Positions 1 to 10,563 of a stretch of 64,000 nucleotides of DNA are shown here, in pieces. How positions within the stretch are numbered: position 1 is the stretch's first letter; the number at the start of each line of letters is the position of its first letter. Below the pieces are notes generated by a model. The model saw nothing but the letters and a program-made list of their open reading frames with translations. It was not told the origin of the DNA and did not search any database. Source of the DNA: Candidatus Latescibacterota bacterium (lineage in GTDB: Bacteria; Latescibacterota; UBA2968; GCA-2709665); assembly GCA_963662665.2 (NCBI GenBank), contig CAXXJS010000030.1:1-64000 (forward strand), written 5' to 3'. The translations under genes and the position numbers were made by a program.

Positions 1-2480
1 ACAGCGAGGATCTTACCGTCCCCCGAATACGCCACGGAGGCGAACGCGCCGCCCTTGTCCAGATCGTCGACAACGCCCTTCGACTCAACGTCCCATAGCT
101 TTATCGATCCATCGGTAACGCCCGCCGCAAGGATGTTCAATTCAGATGAAAACGCCACCGAGCCAACCCCGTCTGTATGTCCTTCGATGGTGGACGCATT
201 TCTTTTTTCGGTCACGTCCCACAACTTGATCGCGCCATCGTCCGAGCCGGAAGCGAGGGTGGTGCCGTCGCGTGAAAAAGTGACGGAATTGACTCTGTCG
301 GTATGCCCTTTCCGGGTGGCGATATTCTCATGTGTCGCCAGGTCCCACAGCCTGACCGTTCTATCCCACGACCCGGAAGCGAGGGTGGAGCCATCCGGGG
401 AAAAGGAAATGGACGCCACCGGGTACGTATGTCCTTCAAGGCGGGCGATCTGAGTGCCTTTTGCTACATCCCACAGGATGACAGTTCCAAGACTGGACCC
501 CTGGGCGAGTATTGCGCCATCCGGCGAAAACGACATAGGGAGGGGGTCATCCAGCCATCCACCGTTGCGCTGCCATTCAAAGGTGTAGACCTTGCGCTTC
601 GTCTCAATGTCCCACAACCTGACGGTCTCGTTTGCATTCGCCGTAGCCAGTAGGGTACCGTTTGGCGAAAAAGCGACTGCTTTGCTCCACCCTTGCTGAG
701 CGATGGCGGCAGTCTGCGTGCTCGTCGCCACGTCACAGAGTTATACGTTGACGTTTTCCCCGTCGTTGAAGTTGAAAATAACATCCGAAAACGCGACGGT
801 TTTTCCGTCGGGCGAAAACGCAAGGGAATTGACCTCCTTCTTGGCGGGAAACAGCGCCAGCGGCCTAGCCGTCGCGACGTCGTAAACCCAGACGCCCGCC
901 TTTTTCGCCACGGCAAGGAGTCGACCGTCCGGTGAAAAGACAACCGCTCTTTCGGTCTGGCTGAGGCGGCCCGTTCCCAGGCGGGCAACTGCGCCGTCGG
1001 GTAGCTGCCATGTAAATGAATCACCGTCCATGCTCGGAGGCGGGACGGATTGTCCATGACTCACCGCGTGAAACGTTTCCGTGTGTTCTCCGATAGATAC
1101 CTTAACGGTGTTTGTGCCCAGTTCGGTACCGAGGGTAAGGATAAGTTCCGCCCGGCCATTGGCATTCGTCGTTACGTTCTTGACCGTGAACCGCTCGTTG
1201 AGCCTCCCCTCTCCCGCAGTGATCGCAAAGACGACGTTCGCATCCGGCAGGGGTTTTCCGTGTTGATCCCTCACTTCAACGACGAGGGGCTGGGGCAACG
1301 TGGAACCGGGCGTACCTCGCTGGTTATCTCCTGAGATTATCTCAAGTGCTTGCGGATGGGGGAGCGTCGATTCGGACTCGATAGCCGAAAGAGTGAATTC
1401 CGTATGGCTCGTGTTCCCTGTTGCGTCAACGACCATGGCCGAAATCGAATGCGCACGAGGATCGGAAAGACTCGAAAAATCTCCCCAATTGTGCAGAGAT
1501 GGAATCACACCGTTATAATCAATCGTAACTGTGGCTTCTCTTTCTCCCGCCAACCCGCGACACGACTTCACTTCAGTTCCACGGCCTTCTGTGAACAGGA
1601 ACACTTGGTGAAGTCCATCAGAATCGCTAGCTTTGAGCCGGACAGCGACGCTCTCCGCGTCTTCGGAATAGGTTAGTGGAGAAACCAGTTCAATGGTAGG
1701 AAGTGCCCCCGCTTCAGTTGGAATATTCGGGTTGAAATAGGTATGCACGGCCAGAAACCCGGCGTTGCACGCGGATAATTGCGATTCTGGCAAGTTCCCG
1801 TACGACATAACGTACGCTTTGGCGCGGAAATCATGCTTCAATCCGAAGGTGTGGCCCAATTCGTGGCTGACGACATTGTGGTTATTCCACGGATCCATTT
1901 CGTTACTGGTAACCAGCGCAAATCCGCCGATTTTTCCATTTTGAAATGCTTTGCCTCCCGCTGCTCTATCAATTACATCTGTACTGATGTCGATTACGAC
2001 AAGGTATATATTCCGTTTCAAGTCAAAGGTCTGCTCTGTCTCGTTCAGGACCTTTTTGAATGTATTGTCAAGATAGTGACTATCGGCGTGTTGCCCATCC
2101 ACTCGATGCACCATCGGCTTCCCCTCTACATCGGTCTCAAAGCGGAATGTCCTGTCCCCGTGGTCCCGCGCCTGCATGGATACAAAGTAGAAGGTCTGAA
2201 CCTCGCGGATCCTGTCCTTCATATTCTGCACCACCTTGGCGCGATAGGGTCGGTCATCGGGCAAAAAGTAGATCATCCGCACCATACGCGGTTCGCCCAC
2301 GTTGAGATCCGCCGCGCGTTTGGCCGCAGGATCGGGATTCTCCCGCCGCCACTGCTCGTAATCGAACGGCACGCAGAAGTGCACACTGTCGGCCAAAGAC
2401 GTCGAAGCTGTACTGCCGGAATGAAGGCAGACCGATGCAATGAGGCACGTCGCCAGATGAATTGCCGCTTTGGAGTTCAT
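1..2480 (-). pseudogene. Secreted metzincin + Big-1 (Ig-like) + WD40-repeat protein, interrupted by an in-frame TAA at 741-743; runs off the window edge
   Basis: ORF 741..2486 has an N-terminal hydrophobic segment, HELGHTFGLKH with a VMSY Met-turn, a Big-1-like segment (GDNQRGTPGSTLPQPLVVEVRD) and the first WD40s. Past the TAA the same frame stays open to position 1 with canonical WD40s (LEGHTYPVASISFSPDGSTLASGSWDRTVRLWD). ATG 2480 lies 8 nt after GAGGA. Confidence 0.85.
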
Positions 2481-2755
2481 TTTCAAAGTCCTCTTTCAAG
2501 CGCCGACTGCCACGTGACTGAACGCCGTTTATGACGGAACGCACGTTGAACTTCAAAAAGGTTTATCACCATCAGTTTTGACGTAAAAAAAAAACCGTCC
2601 ATTCCTCAACCTACCCGTGACGCCGGGCTGACACATCCTGTATTCCTCTTTATACGAATGCGTTTACAGGCCGTAATGACGCCTAAACAGGGACGCATCT
2701 TGTTTCAAGTGGTTGTTGTTGCCGACGAAACATACGTCGTCGGCTCTACCATAAA

Positions 2756-5106
2756 TCAGGGTTCAATTGTGCGGATGACCAACCCCTGCTCATTGCCGAC
2801 GTAGATAGTGCGGTGGGGCACCGAGTCGAAGCGATGACTGGCGACGGGCTTCGCGCTTGCCGTGGGGGGCCGAGCTGTACTTACTGAGGCCGGAAGCCTG
2901 TACGGATCGGCTTTGCTGACATCCACGACGTAACCGAGATCGGCGAGGGATTGGATGGTGATCGCACTGAGGGCATGTTCCTGCTCCATACCCGGTTCCA
3001 TTTTCTCGGCACCGAACTCGCGGTCCTGGCCTCTGAATACGAATGAGTTCCAATGACTTCCTTCTCCACAAACGGCGTCAAAAAGGATGGCACTATCCAG
3101 GGGGACCTTATTTCCACTGCATTCCTCACCGCCCGCGGCGTTGAATGCCTCGATGGCCAGTTCACCACTGAAGTAGGCGTCTCCCAACGATTCATGGACC
3201 AGGCCCACATTCCTCCACAGCGTCCCGTATCCCAGAACATGCGCTATCTCGTGGAGCATCAGGTCCTGCAGGAGGCGCTCCTCCTGATAGAGGGGTTCTT
3301 CAGTCAGCCGGGCAAGGATGGACAGTGCAATCCAAATCTGGCCCACGGCGGGCAACCCGGTCGGATTGCCCGATCTCACGTAGGTCGGCCCACCCCTGCC
3401 GGCAGCTCCGTCAAGTTCAGTCTTGTGAACGAAAATCCGCAAGTCGTCCACAATATCGTTAACGGGTAAACGAACACCACCGTAGACCTCGAGGAAATCA
3501 AACTCATTGATCGAAAAATCCACCTCCGGCAGGCCCTTTGCAATGATGGTTTCTCAGCGTCTGGCCGCCTGCTGCATCGCATCCGTATGCGCAACGGTAA
3601 ATTCGCCAATGAAGACGAGTTCGATATTGAAAGGGTCCTCCCCGCCAGGAGCGACCCGGACGTACGCGCCGGTTGAGCAGTTGTTGTCCACATTGGCCTC
3701 GCCGGGGACGCCATCCACGCAAGCGCCGTAGTAGTTTGTACCGCGAGTCGAAGGCGCGTTCACGCTGATGGGCTTTCGACTGGTACCGGAGCCGGCGGGG
3801 CGGTTGCCAGGTCCACCGTACAGGCCGTCGAGCCCCGTTAGGCCGGGGACCTCGTCGACGCCGACTGGCGCGCGTCGGTGGCATCGATGGTGGCGTCGTC
3901 GGAGCGGTAATAGCGCAGGGTGGTGGAACCGGCTGCTTCCGGGCCCTGATTTCTCACCGTCGCCGTCAGTTCGAACGACTTCTCTGCCACGGCGGCGCTC
4001 GTGCTGGCCCAGGCCAGGCTGACAGCCAGGTCCGGAACTCCGACGTTCACGGGCATTGTCTGTGAGCAATTGTTATGTGTATCGCTCTCCCCGGGGACAG
4101 GATCGACGCAGGCAGTGAAATGGTGGGTTCCAGGATTTGAAGGAATCGAAGGCAAAAGCCAGGCATATCCGAATGTTTCAACGGCAATGCTGCCGATATC
4201 ATAAGTCTGAAAGGGTGTGTCGGTGACGTCGAAAGTCGCGTCGACCGAGAGTAAGTAGCGTAACGAGGTTGCGGCGGCTGGACCGGTACCCAGGTTTTGT
4301 GTCCTGATCCTCGCCGTTTTGCGACTCCCGGGCGTCACGCTTGTGTGGCTGATATGCGGAGAAAAAACAACCAGGTCGGGGGCGCCGTCTTCGTTGCCCT
4401 CTACGTTAACGCGCACACCGCTTGAACATCCACTCAGTTCCAGGCCCCAAAACTCGCAGACTCCGTAGTAATAGGTGCCCGCATACGACGGAGCCGTCCA
4501 ATCAAGCGACACTGGGATGGCCGTGGTTTCCATGTCGACCGACCTCCAATCCGAATGGATGAAGGCATCGCTTGCGTCGATCGTTTCATCGAGAGAGAGG
4601 AAGTAACGCAGATCCACATATAACCCAGTCGTTCGGTTCTGCAAGGTCATCTCCAGTGTGAACGCCTGCCCCGCCGTCAGGCTGGTGTCGCTGACCTTAA
4701 ACGAATGAAAAATGACACCTTTCCATTCTCTCCGTCCTGCCTCGCCACCAGGACTGACGCCTCCGGTAAACGCAGGCGCCTTCTTCCCGAAGTTTTGCGC
4801 AAAGAGCACAAAGTCAGAGAACCCGATCTCGTCGTCGTCGTTCAGATCGTATTGCGCGTCATATCCGTCATCGCCCTGATCCAGGCCGAATTTCTCCGCG
4901 AACTTCAGCAAATCGCCGAATCCGATCGTCCCGTCGCCGTCGAAATCCGGAATAGTCGCGGCATCATCCCCGTCGGCATCAACGGAGATCGCGTGAGACG
5001 TAGTGCCACCGTCCTCTGAACTGGCGCCGATGGCGGCGTGGCGCATAATCGCCAGCAACGCGAAGGTGGCTATGGGCAACAACAATCCTCGTGTTAACGA
5101 CTTGAC
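2756..5106 (-). pseudogene. Secreted dockerin/EF-hand + 3x CARDB-like + leishmanolysin(M8)-like peptidase; frameshift at ~3870 and TGA at 3554-3556
   Basis: ORFs 3838..5169, 3554..4069 and 2756..3523 join into one gene. A frame change in a GCGCGC tract restores DATDAPVGVDEV. AARR*ETII aligns with VARRWMGVI of the paralog at 10564-13239. Motifs: PDFDGDGTIGFGD, YYGACVD..GE....NNCS, HEIAHVLGYG, SHW..E.M. The aligned start position after AAGGAGG is GTC, so the start is uncertain. Confidence 0.85.
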
Positions 5107-5645
5107 CGATCCTCCTTCTAGCGCTATCGTCCGGGCGCGGCGTCTTGCGTCAGGCAGACGAATTGACAATATCGCCTTTCAGGCCCGGCGGAGCCCTTAT
5201 TGAGCGAGTATCTGCCAATGATGCGGAGTTGGGAAGAACCTGCCTTATGTAAATTTAACACATCGTTGCTGAACTCGCTGTGATTTTTCGCGCGTTTTCG
5301 TTGAATTATTGCTGAAGTTCCGGTCCCGCGCAAACTCAGCCGTTTCGCCAATCGAACTTATATGGGTGGGGTCTTGAAGAAGGACCATACTCGGAAACTC
5401 GTTCAGACGGAACCCGCATTTCAGCCGGGGCAGAAAGCCGACGTGTCCGAGCCGACATTCGAGAAATTCCCATCAGTCGCGGGGAGCGCTCTGTTCAATC
5501 CGGATATTCACGGGAGACATTGACGAGGCACTGAGACGCTGGCCGGATGGCCGCGTCGGGCGTAAGGAAATGCGGCCGTGCGGCGATGGCCGATTTGATG
5601 AAATAGACAAGAATCGGGCCGGCGGCTTCGGAAGGAATTCCATAG

Positions 5646-5688
5646 AAAAACGAGGGACGAAGCGCGAGCGGCTTCGACCCTCGTTTTT
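5646..5688. terminator. Intrinsic terminator-like hairpin, array-module copy 1
   Basis: AAAAACGAGGGACGAAGC...GCTTCGACCCTCGTTTTT; homologous to the hairpins at 8691, 10231 and 19071. Confidence 0.7.
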
Positions 5689-5776
5689 GCTTCACAGATG
5701 CAATAACGCGTTAGACGCTGGATCTCCTGTCGTCCAGTCAGGATTGATGGGACCTGCGATGCGGAAACGCGAACGA

Positions 5777-6577
5777 TCATCGGTTTATGGTTCGAACGAT
5801 ACGACCTTACGGGTCAACCACGTAGATCGGTTCATTCATCTGCCCAGCGCCGCAAGTCAGGTCAGGCTCCGCGTGAGAAGGAGAACCTCCTCCCCATGTC
5901 CGCTGGTTATCCGGAAGATCGAGCGTTACGCGCCGGCCCAAGATGCGTTCGGCGCCTTCAAATTGCCACGTTCGGACGCCACCGAGAATGGACGGTGCCG
6001 AAACGGAGATCTTCGCACTCGCCTTTGCGGCGGGATCATGCAGGGTATATGGAGAAGCCTGGGAGACATCCACGCTGTAGCCGAGATCGGCCATGGACTG
6101 CACCGTGAACGCGCTGAGCGCCCTTCCCCCACCCGGCGTCATGAGTTCGTTTCGGGATTCTGGCCCATGACGCCAGAACACAGAACTCCTCCAGTGCGAC
6201 CCATCCATCTTCTGCACCGGCACCTTCGCCCCCGTGCAGTTCCATCCACCCGCCTCGTCAGACGCCGCGACCGCCAGCGCTGCCTTATGGAGGGGGGTGT
6301 GCTCCGTGTACCATTCCCGTGCCATCGGGTCGGCGCCGGCGTCCAGTAATGCCTGGATAACGGCTCGATCCTGGCTGTACTCGGCTGCAAAGTGGAGCGG
6401 CGTTCTTGGCATATTCGCCTCGAGCCATTGGATCGGCCCCAGCGGCCAGGCAAGCGGTTACGCGCCCCACCGTCGCGTCCCGAAAGAACCTTTCCGTATT
6501 CCACTGGTCGCAATCAGGCGGCGCAAACACCACCTGCGAGAATAAAAGCCAGCCAGCAAGGCAATTTTGAGGTCCAT
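5777..6577 (-). pseudogene. Chimeric ankyrin-repeat / M8-peptidase C-terminal pseudogene
   Basis: GGGGAG RBS then ATG 6577 (MDLKIALLAG). Frameshift in a T4 run at ~6545, then DCDQWNTERFF..CLAAGADPMAR. Second frameshift at ~6405, then ankyrin TPLHFAA..LLDAGADP..TPLHKAA, joined directly to an M8 tail homologous to 10564-11150. Premature TAA at 5807-5809 precedes GRIVRTINR*. Confidence 0.8.
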
Positions 6578-6798
6578 TTCTGTCTCCCCGTGATCATCCT
6601 GATTTCACTTACACACCCTTAATCGACTGACTTGCTCTTGTCAGGCACGAATTTCCGGATGTCTACTATGTGGCTTGATGTCAATCGTTCTGAGTACCTC
6701 TGATTTTTTCGAAGACGCCTGAGAGAATCTCTTTCAGACGATTGAGAGACGCCTCGGGGTGAAGATCCAAGGGGTCTGGTCTGCCAGCCTTTACCAAC

Positions 6799-8073
6799 CT
6801 ATCTTCCAATCTGTGGAAGCACATAAGGAGACATGTCAAATTTCCGTTGGTCGAAATAATGTAGTCGATTTGGCATTGTATGTAAAAAACGTTGATAATC
6901 CTGGACCGTTAGCCTTTCAGGGAAATAGCGAACGGCAAACCACACCAACACACTTTCTGCGACGTCTTCTCTTCCTGGGTGTTCTGTAGCAAATTCAGAA
7001 ATGAAAACGCCGTCCAGCTTTTGTGCCTCCAACCAGGAATCGTCTTCTGCATGGTCCTTGTCCAATGATGCATGGGCGCCTTCGTGAATAAGGACCTCCT
7101 CTAACCACCCATCATTGACTACCCATTCTTCTGCAGCGTCCAAATGGACTTGCCCGTCTCGGTTTGCTGATGCCCCTCCGATGTTTCGTCCGATCTGAAT
7201 CTCATGGATATTAGATAGGAAGACAGCTGGCAATCGACCCACGATGTGTGCGTATTGCTCTACTACTTTGCGGGCCGCCGTTTGATTGCGATACTCTGGA
7301 TGAACTGAAAACACTGTCTGCTTCAACCTTGTCGCAAAATGTGCATGGAATTTATAGATGTTTTCCTCAACCCACTCTGCTCCGTTCCAGAACAAACGTA
7401 GTTCTCGTCCTGCGTATTGGATTTCTTGAAATGTAGTTGAATCCGTTGAAACAAGGATTTCCGGTGTGATCCACACAGTTCCCTGGTAGGGTGACTTTCC
7501 ATTGTGTTGGACAATAAGGTCAACTGTTCGATCTCTTTCCATGACAAGATCGATTAACTCAGGTAGAAAAAGGTCATGACTTGCCGTTACGCTTATACTA
7601 CCACGCACATTGAGAAATGCGTAATAACCCTCATTGTCCGCGACCATTGGACGATTGTTGCCATCCTGGAGTTCGACAACGGCACCCGGTAGATTTAGAC
7701 CGTGCCGTCGACCATCTTTCACAATACCTGATAACGTGTAACTTGGAACAGATTTGCCATGGTTTTCGGAAAAAATAAGGAAGTCCGAAAACCCGATCTC
7801 GCCGTCGCCGTTCAGATCATGTGTGGCGTCGTATTTCTCGTCACCCTGGCGCGCACCGAACACACCCGCAAAGATAACGAAATCGCCAAAACCGATCGTC
7901 CCGTCGCCGTCGAAGTCCGGAATGGACGCGGTATCGTCGCCGTTGGCATCAACGGTGATCGCAAGTACCGTCGCGTCGCCGTCGCTTGCATCGGCACCTA
8001 TCGCGGCGTAACATGCGATTGCCAGCAGCGCGAGGGCGGCAATATAGATTAGGCCTTTCGATGAAGTCATCAT
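6799..8073 (-). CDS. Secreted dockerin/EF-hand + carboxypeptidase-regulatory-like beta domain + HExxH zinc-peptidase-like protein
   Basis: 424-aa ORF with signal peptide, PDFDGDGTIGFGDF..DLNGDGEIGFSDF, YTLSGIVKD..LPGAVVEL..DNEGYY, and LIHEGAHASLD..EDVAES. Confidence 0.85.
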   Translation of the reverse strand: MMTSSKGLIYIAALALLAIACYAAIGADASDGDATVLAITVDANGDDTASIPDFDGDGTIGFGDFVIFAGVFGARQGDEKYDATHDLNGDGEIGFSDFLIFSENHGKSVPSYTLSGIVKDGRRHGLNLPGAVVELQDGNNRPMVADNEGYYAFLNVRGSISVTASHDLFLPELIDLVMERDRTVDLIVQHNGKSPYQGTVWITPEILVSTDSTTFQEIQYAGRELRLFWNGAEWVEENIYKFHAHFATRLKQTVFSVHPEYRNQTAARKVVEQYAHIVGRLPAVFLSNIHEIQIGRNIGGASANRDGQVHLDAAEEWVVNDGWLEEVLIHEGAHASLDKDHAEDDSWLEAQKLDGVFISEFATEHPGREDVAESVLVWFAVRYFPERLTVQDYQRFLHTMPNRLHYFDQRKFDMSPYVLPQIGR

Positions 8074-8467
8074 TTGACACTTTCTGATCGTGACTACCGG
8101 ATTTCTACTCAGACCTATTCAATCTGACGGAACCCATTTGCCGAGTTACATCACTGCAACCGCCTCGGTTACGGATGTCGACCTCGTTGTCGGGTATATT
8201 GTGTCCAGCAAAAGTACGCAATGAGAAACCGGCGTTCAACACCGATTACTTGTCGAGTCGTCCGTAATTTGTCCTGGAATCCACTAATTGCGATGTGTGG
8301 AAAGGGGGATAGATTCGATGGTGGGAAATCCCCGCAGGCGCGTTGAGACTTCCGAACCGTGGGAGCAGGTTTCAAACCTTCTCTAACTGTCCTATGTGCA
8401 CGGATGCGTGGGACATCGGATACGGTCTGCCGGATTTCGGGGGCGAGATCCTTACTTCCGAACCTAT
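8040..8467. repeat. Conserved upstream block A (promoter/5' leader + degenerate REP); sister copy at ~16640-17069
   Basis: Alignable over ~430 bp (e.g. GGATTTCTACTCAGACC.ATTCAATCTGACGGAACCC; GAGATCCTTACTTCCG.ACCTA). Both copies precede MMTSSKGLIYIAAL genes. Confidence 0.85.
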
Positions 8468-8690
8468 ACCGGCAGAACGACGTTGAGGCGGGCAGACAGG
8501 CGCTGCAGCCAGGCCCCACCTTCGAGCAAGTTTCCTTAGGGTGCAGGCATACGTGTGGCGATGGCATTTCGCGCCTGGCGATCAACTGACCTGTCATTCT
8601 GAGCGCAGCCTAAGAAACTCCCGCTAATTCCGTTGTAAGTGTGAAAGAAAACTTCGCTTACGATTTTGGGAAAAAGACTGGAATCAATAC

Positions 8691-8742
8691 AAAAAAAGAG
8701 AAGGGTCGAGGCGCGGTTAAGTGGCTTCGACCCTTCTTTTTA
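8691..8742. terminator. Terminator-like hairpin, module copy 2
   Basis: A-run, then GAAGGGTCGAGGC...GCTTCGACCCTTC, then T-run. Confidence 0.75.
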
Positions 8743-8876
8743 TGGAGGTCTGTTCAGATGCGTTTCGCGATTTGGGGCTGGATTCCTGTTGATTTCCACA
8801 CGCCTGACGCGGCAACGCGAGGAATCATCGGCCTATGGTGCGGACGACGTGTCTATGTCCTGAACCAGACCACAGG

Positions 8877-9527
8877 TTATGGTTGTTCCGCTTCCAGAAC
8901 TTCCGGGTCCAGTTGATACCAGAACACCTCACCGGATTCAACGAGATCCCGTATCCGATCATCTCGGCGCAAGCCCACAACAGCGGAAAGTGCCTGCTTA
9001 CCGGTAAACCTGGTCAGGAACTTGGCATTTCGGAGGGCGCGGCTGGTGTCCCGTCCGTTGGCGGTGAAGGAGATTTCCACGGCAATGTAGCAAGGAGCGC
9101 CATTCTGGTCGGTGGCCTCTATAATCAGATCGGCGCGGCGGAAGCTTCTCAACTCATTTGTTGAAACGTTAGACGTGTCGGCGCCGTTAATCAGCTCCCA
9201 CAGATCAAACGCGGTGAGGTCTTTGACCCACCGAAAGCCCATCTCGCTGGCTATGAAGGGTGTCTCCCGAAGCGCGGCACTCCGTGCGTGGGCGCCTTTG
9301 AGTATGCCAACGTCATCCCGGATAGACGCCACGCTATTTTCGAGCGCGCCAAAGCGCCGGTTCGTAGCCTCGACGAACCTGTGCACCTCTGAGACAAACT
9401 GCGTGAACTTTTCAGGCAGTTCAATCAGTTCCTTCGTCAACAACCGGGCACGCAGAGCATCGCCCCATTCGGGATTGTCGTCCAAAATGCGAATGAGGTC
9501 TTCTATCGTATGAATCGTGGTGTTCAC
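8877..9527 (-). CDS. Hypothetical protein, N-terminal coiled coil + PD-(D/E)xK-like C-terminal domain
   Basis: 216-aa ORF with GTG start after TGAGGA. IHTIEDLIRILDDNPEW..LR N-terminus; ADLII....YIAVEIS nuclease-like motif. Confidence 0.7.
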   Translation of the reverse strand: MNTTIHTIEDLIRILDDNPEWGDALRARLLTKELIELPEKFTQFVSEVHRFVEATNRRFGALENSVASIRDDVGILKGAHARSAALRETPFIASEMGFRWVKDLTAFDLWELINGADTSNVSTNELRSFRRADLIIEATDQNGAPCYIAVEISFTANGRDTSRALRNAKFLTRFTGKQALSAVVGLRRDDRIRDLVESGEVFWYQLDPEVLEAEQP

Positions 9528-9780
9528 AGGGTTTCCTCAATTCATCGCCCGATCAGCGGGCCGGGAAAGTAACGCACCTGTATTCGTTGTAAGTCAAATC
9601 AATATACGGGAATCGGGCACACAGGGCAATATAGCGGCTGTAAATTGCGTATTTGATGGTCATTCAAAAAGGCAAACACAGTATGGAAAGGATTCCTCAA
9701 GAAGCAAAACACGCGGACGCGTCAGGCGAAGTGAGGTCCGCGAGGGCAACCCCTCGCAGGCGCGTTGCGGGGTCCGAAGC

Positions 9781-9809
9781 GTAGGGGCAGGTTTCAAACC
9801 TGCCCCTAC
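9781..9809. repeat. GTAG-type REP palindrome; degenerate copies at 8359-8387 and 16962-16989
   Basis: GTAGGGGCAGGTTT-C-AAACCTGCCCCTAC with 14-bp perfect arms. Confidence 0.85.
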
Positions 9810-9885
9810 AGTCCGATGTCCACGGAAGCGTGCGAGATGGGTTACCGCAGGCTGCGATTCGGCGGCGAGATCCTTACTTCCGAAC

Positions 9886-10262
9886 CTAGCGCGGCTTCGC
9901 TATGCTCAGCCACAACCAAACAGGTGGCAATGATCGGGCGAGCCCGTTTGAAGGTTCAATAACTCCCCCCTTGAGGGGGAGTCGAAGAAGCCGAGCCGAT
10001 CCCTGAGCTTGTCGAAGGGCCGGCGACGGCTGATGCGGTGGGGGGATTTCAACGCCTTGCCGTATACAAGCAGCATGAACAAACATGTACGCATCTTGCG
10101 TTGAAGTCTTACTGAAAGACAAAACCGGCAGAACGACGTTGATGCGGGCAGACAGGAGTGTCCGCCTCGCCTTCAGGCAAGTTTCCTCAGGGTGTTGGCG
10201 CAATGCTGAAAACGGTGCTTTGACAAACAAGAAGGGTCGAGGCGCGTGGCTTCGACCCTCCT
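9886..10262. repeat. Intergenic block B (nested hairpin repeat + terminator copy 3), near-identical to 18703-19103
   Basis: CTAGCGCGGCTTCGCTATGCTCAGCCACAACCAAACAGG...TTGACAAACAAGAAGGGTCGAGGCGC occurs in both copies. A deleted version lies at 8468-8545. Confidence 0.9.
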
Positions 10263-10297
10263 ATTGGATGGATGATCGGTTAGAAGCGTTTGGAGAT

Positions 10298-10428
10298 TCC
10301 GGGCTGCAGTCGCCACGGGCACGCGAACCAAACAGAAAAACCCGGTCCGGGTGGACCGCCTCGCCAACCGCGCGAGCCACGGCACAGGCTTTCGGGCCGG
10401 GTGCCTTGAGTGTTGGGGATCTTGGCGT
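10298..10428 (-). pseudogene. 5' fragment of a third MNT-HEPN gene
   Basis: PKACAVARAVGEAVHPDRVFLFGSRARGD matches the start of 19293..20093. The start ATG reads ACG (10426-10428) and the rest is deleted. Confidence 0.85.
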
Positions 10429-10563
10429 GGTAAACGTAGACCTTCCACGTCGCACGGCTGTTTTCCGTCCGCATGGTCGGACCGTCGATAGGAGAATGGT
10501 CAAGTTACGTCCAACTACGTGAATTTGGGGAAACAGGTGGGACCGACGGAAGAACGTCACGTA

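Noticed and set aside
741-743. Stop read-through or alternative genetic code
   Set aside because: The premature stops replace different residues (K, W, Q) with different codons, which fits decay.
3554-3556. In-frame TGA as selenocysteine or Trp recoding
   Set aside because: It aligns with Trp rather than Cys. TGA is a normal stop elsewhere in the window, and the same gene also has a frameshift.
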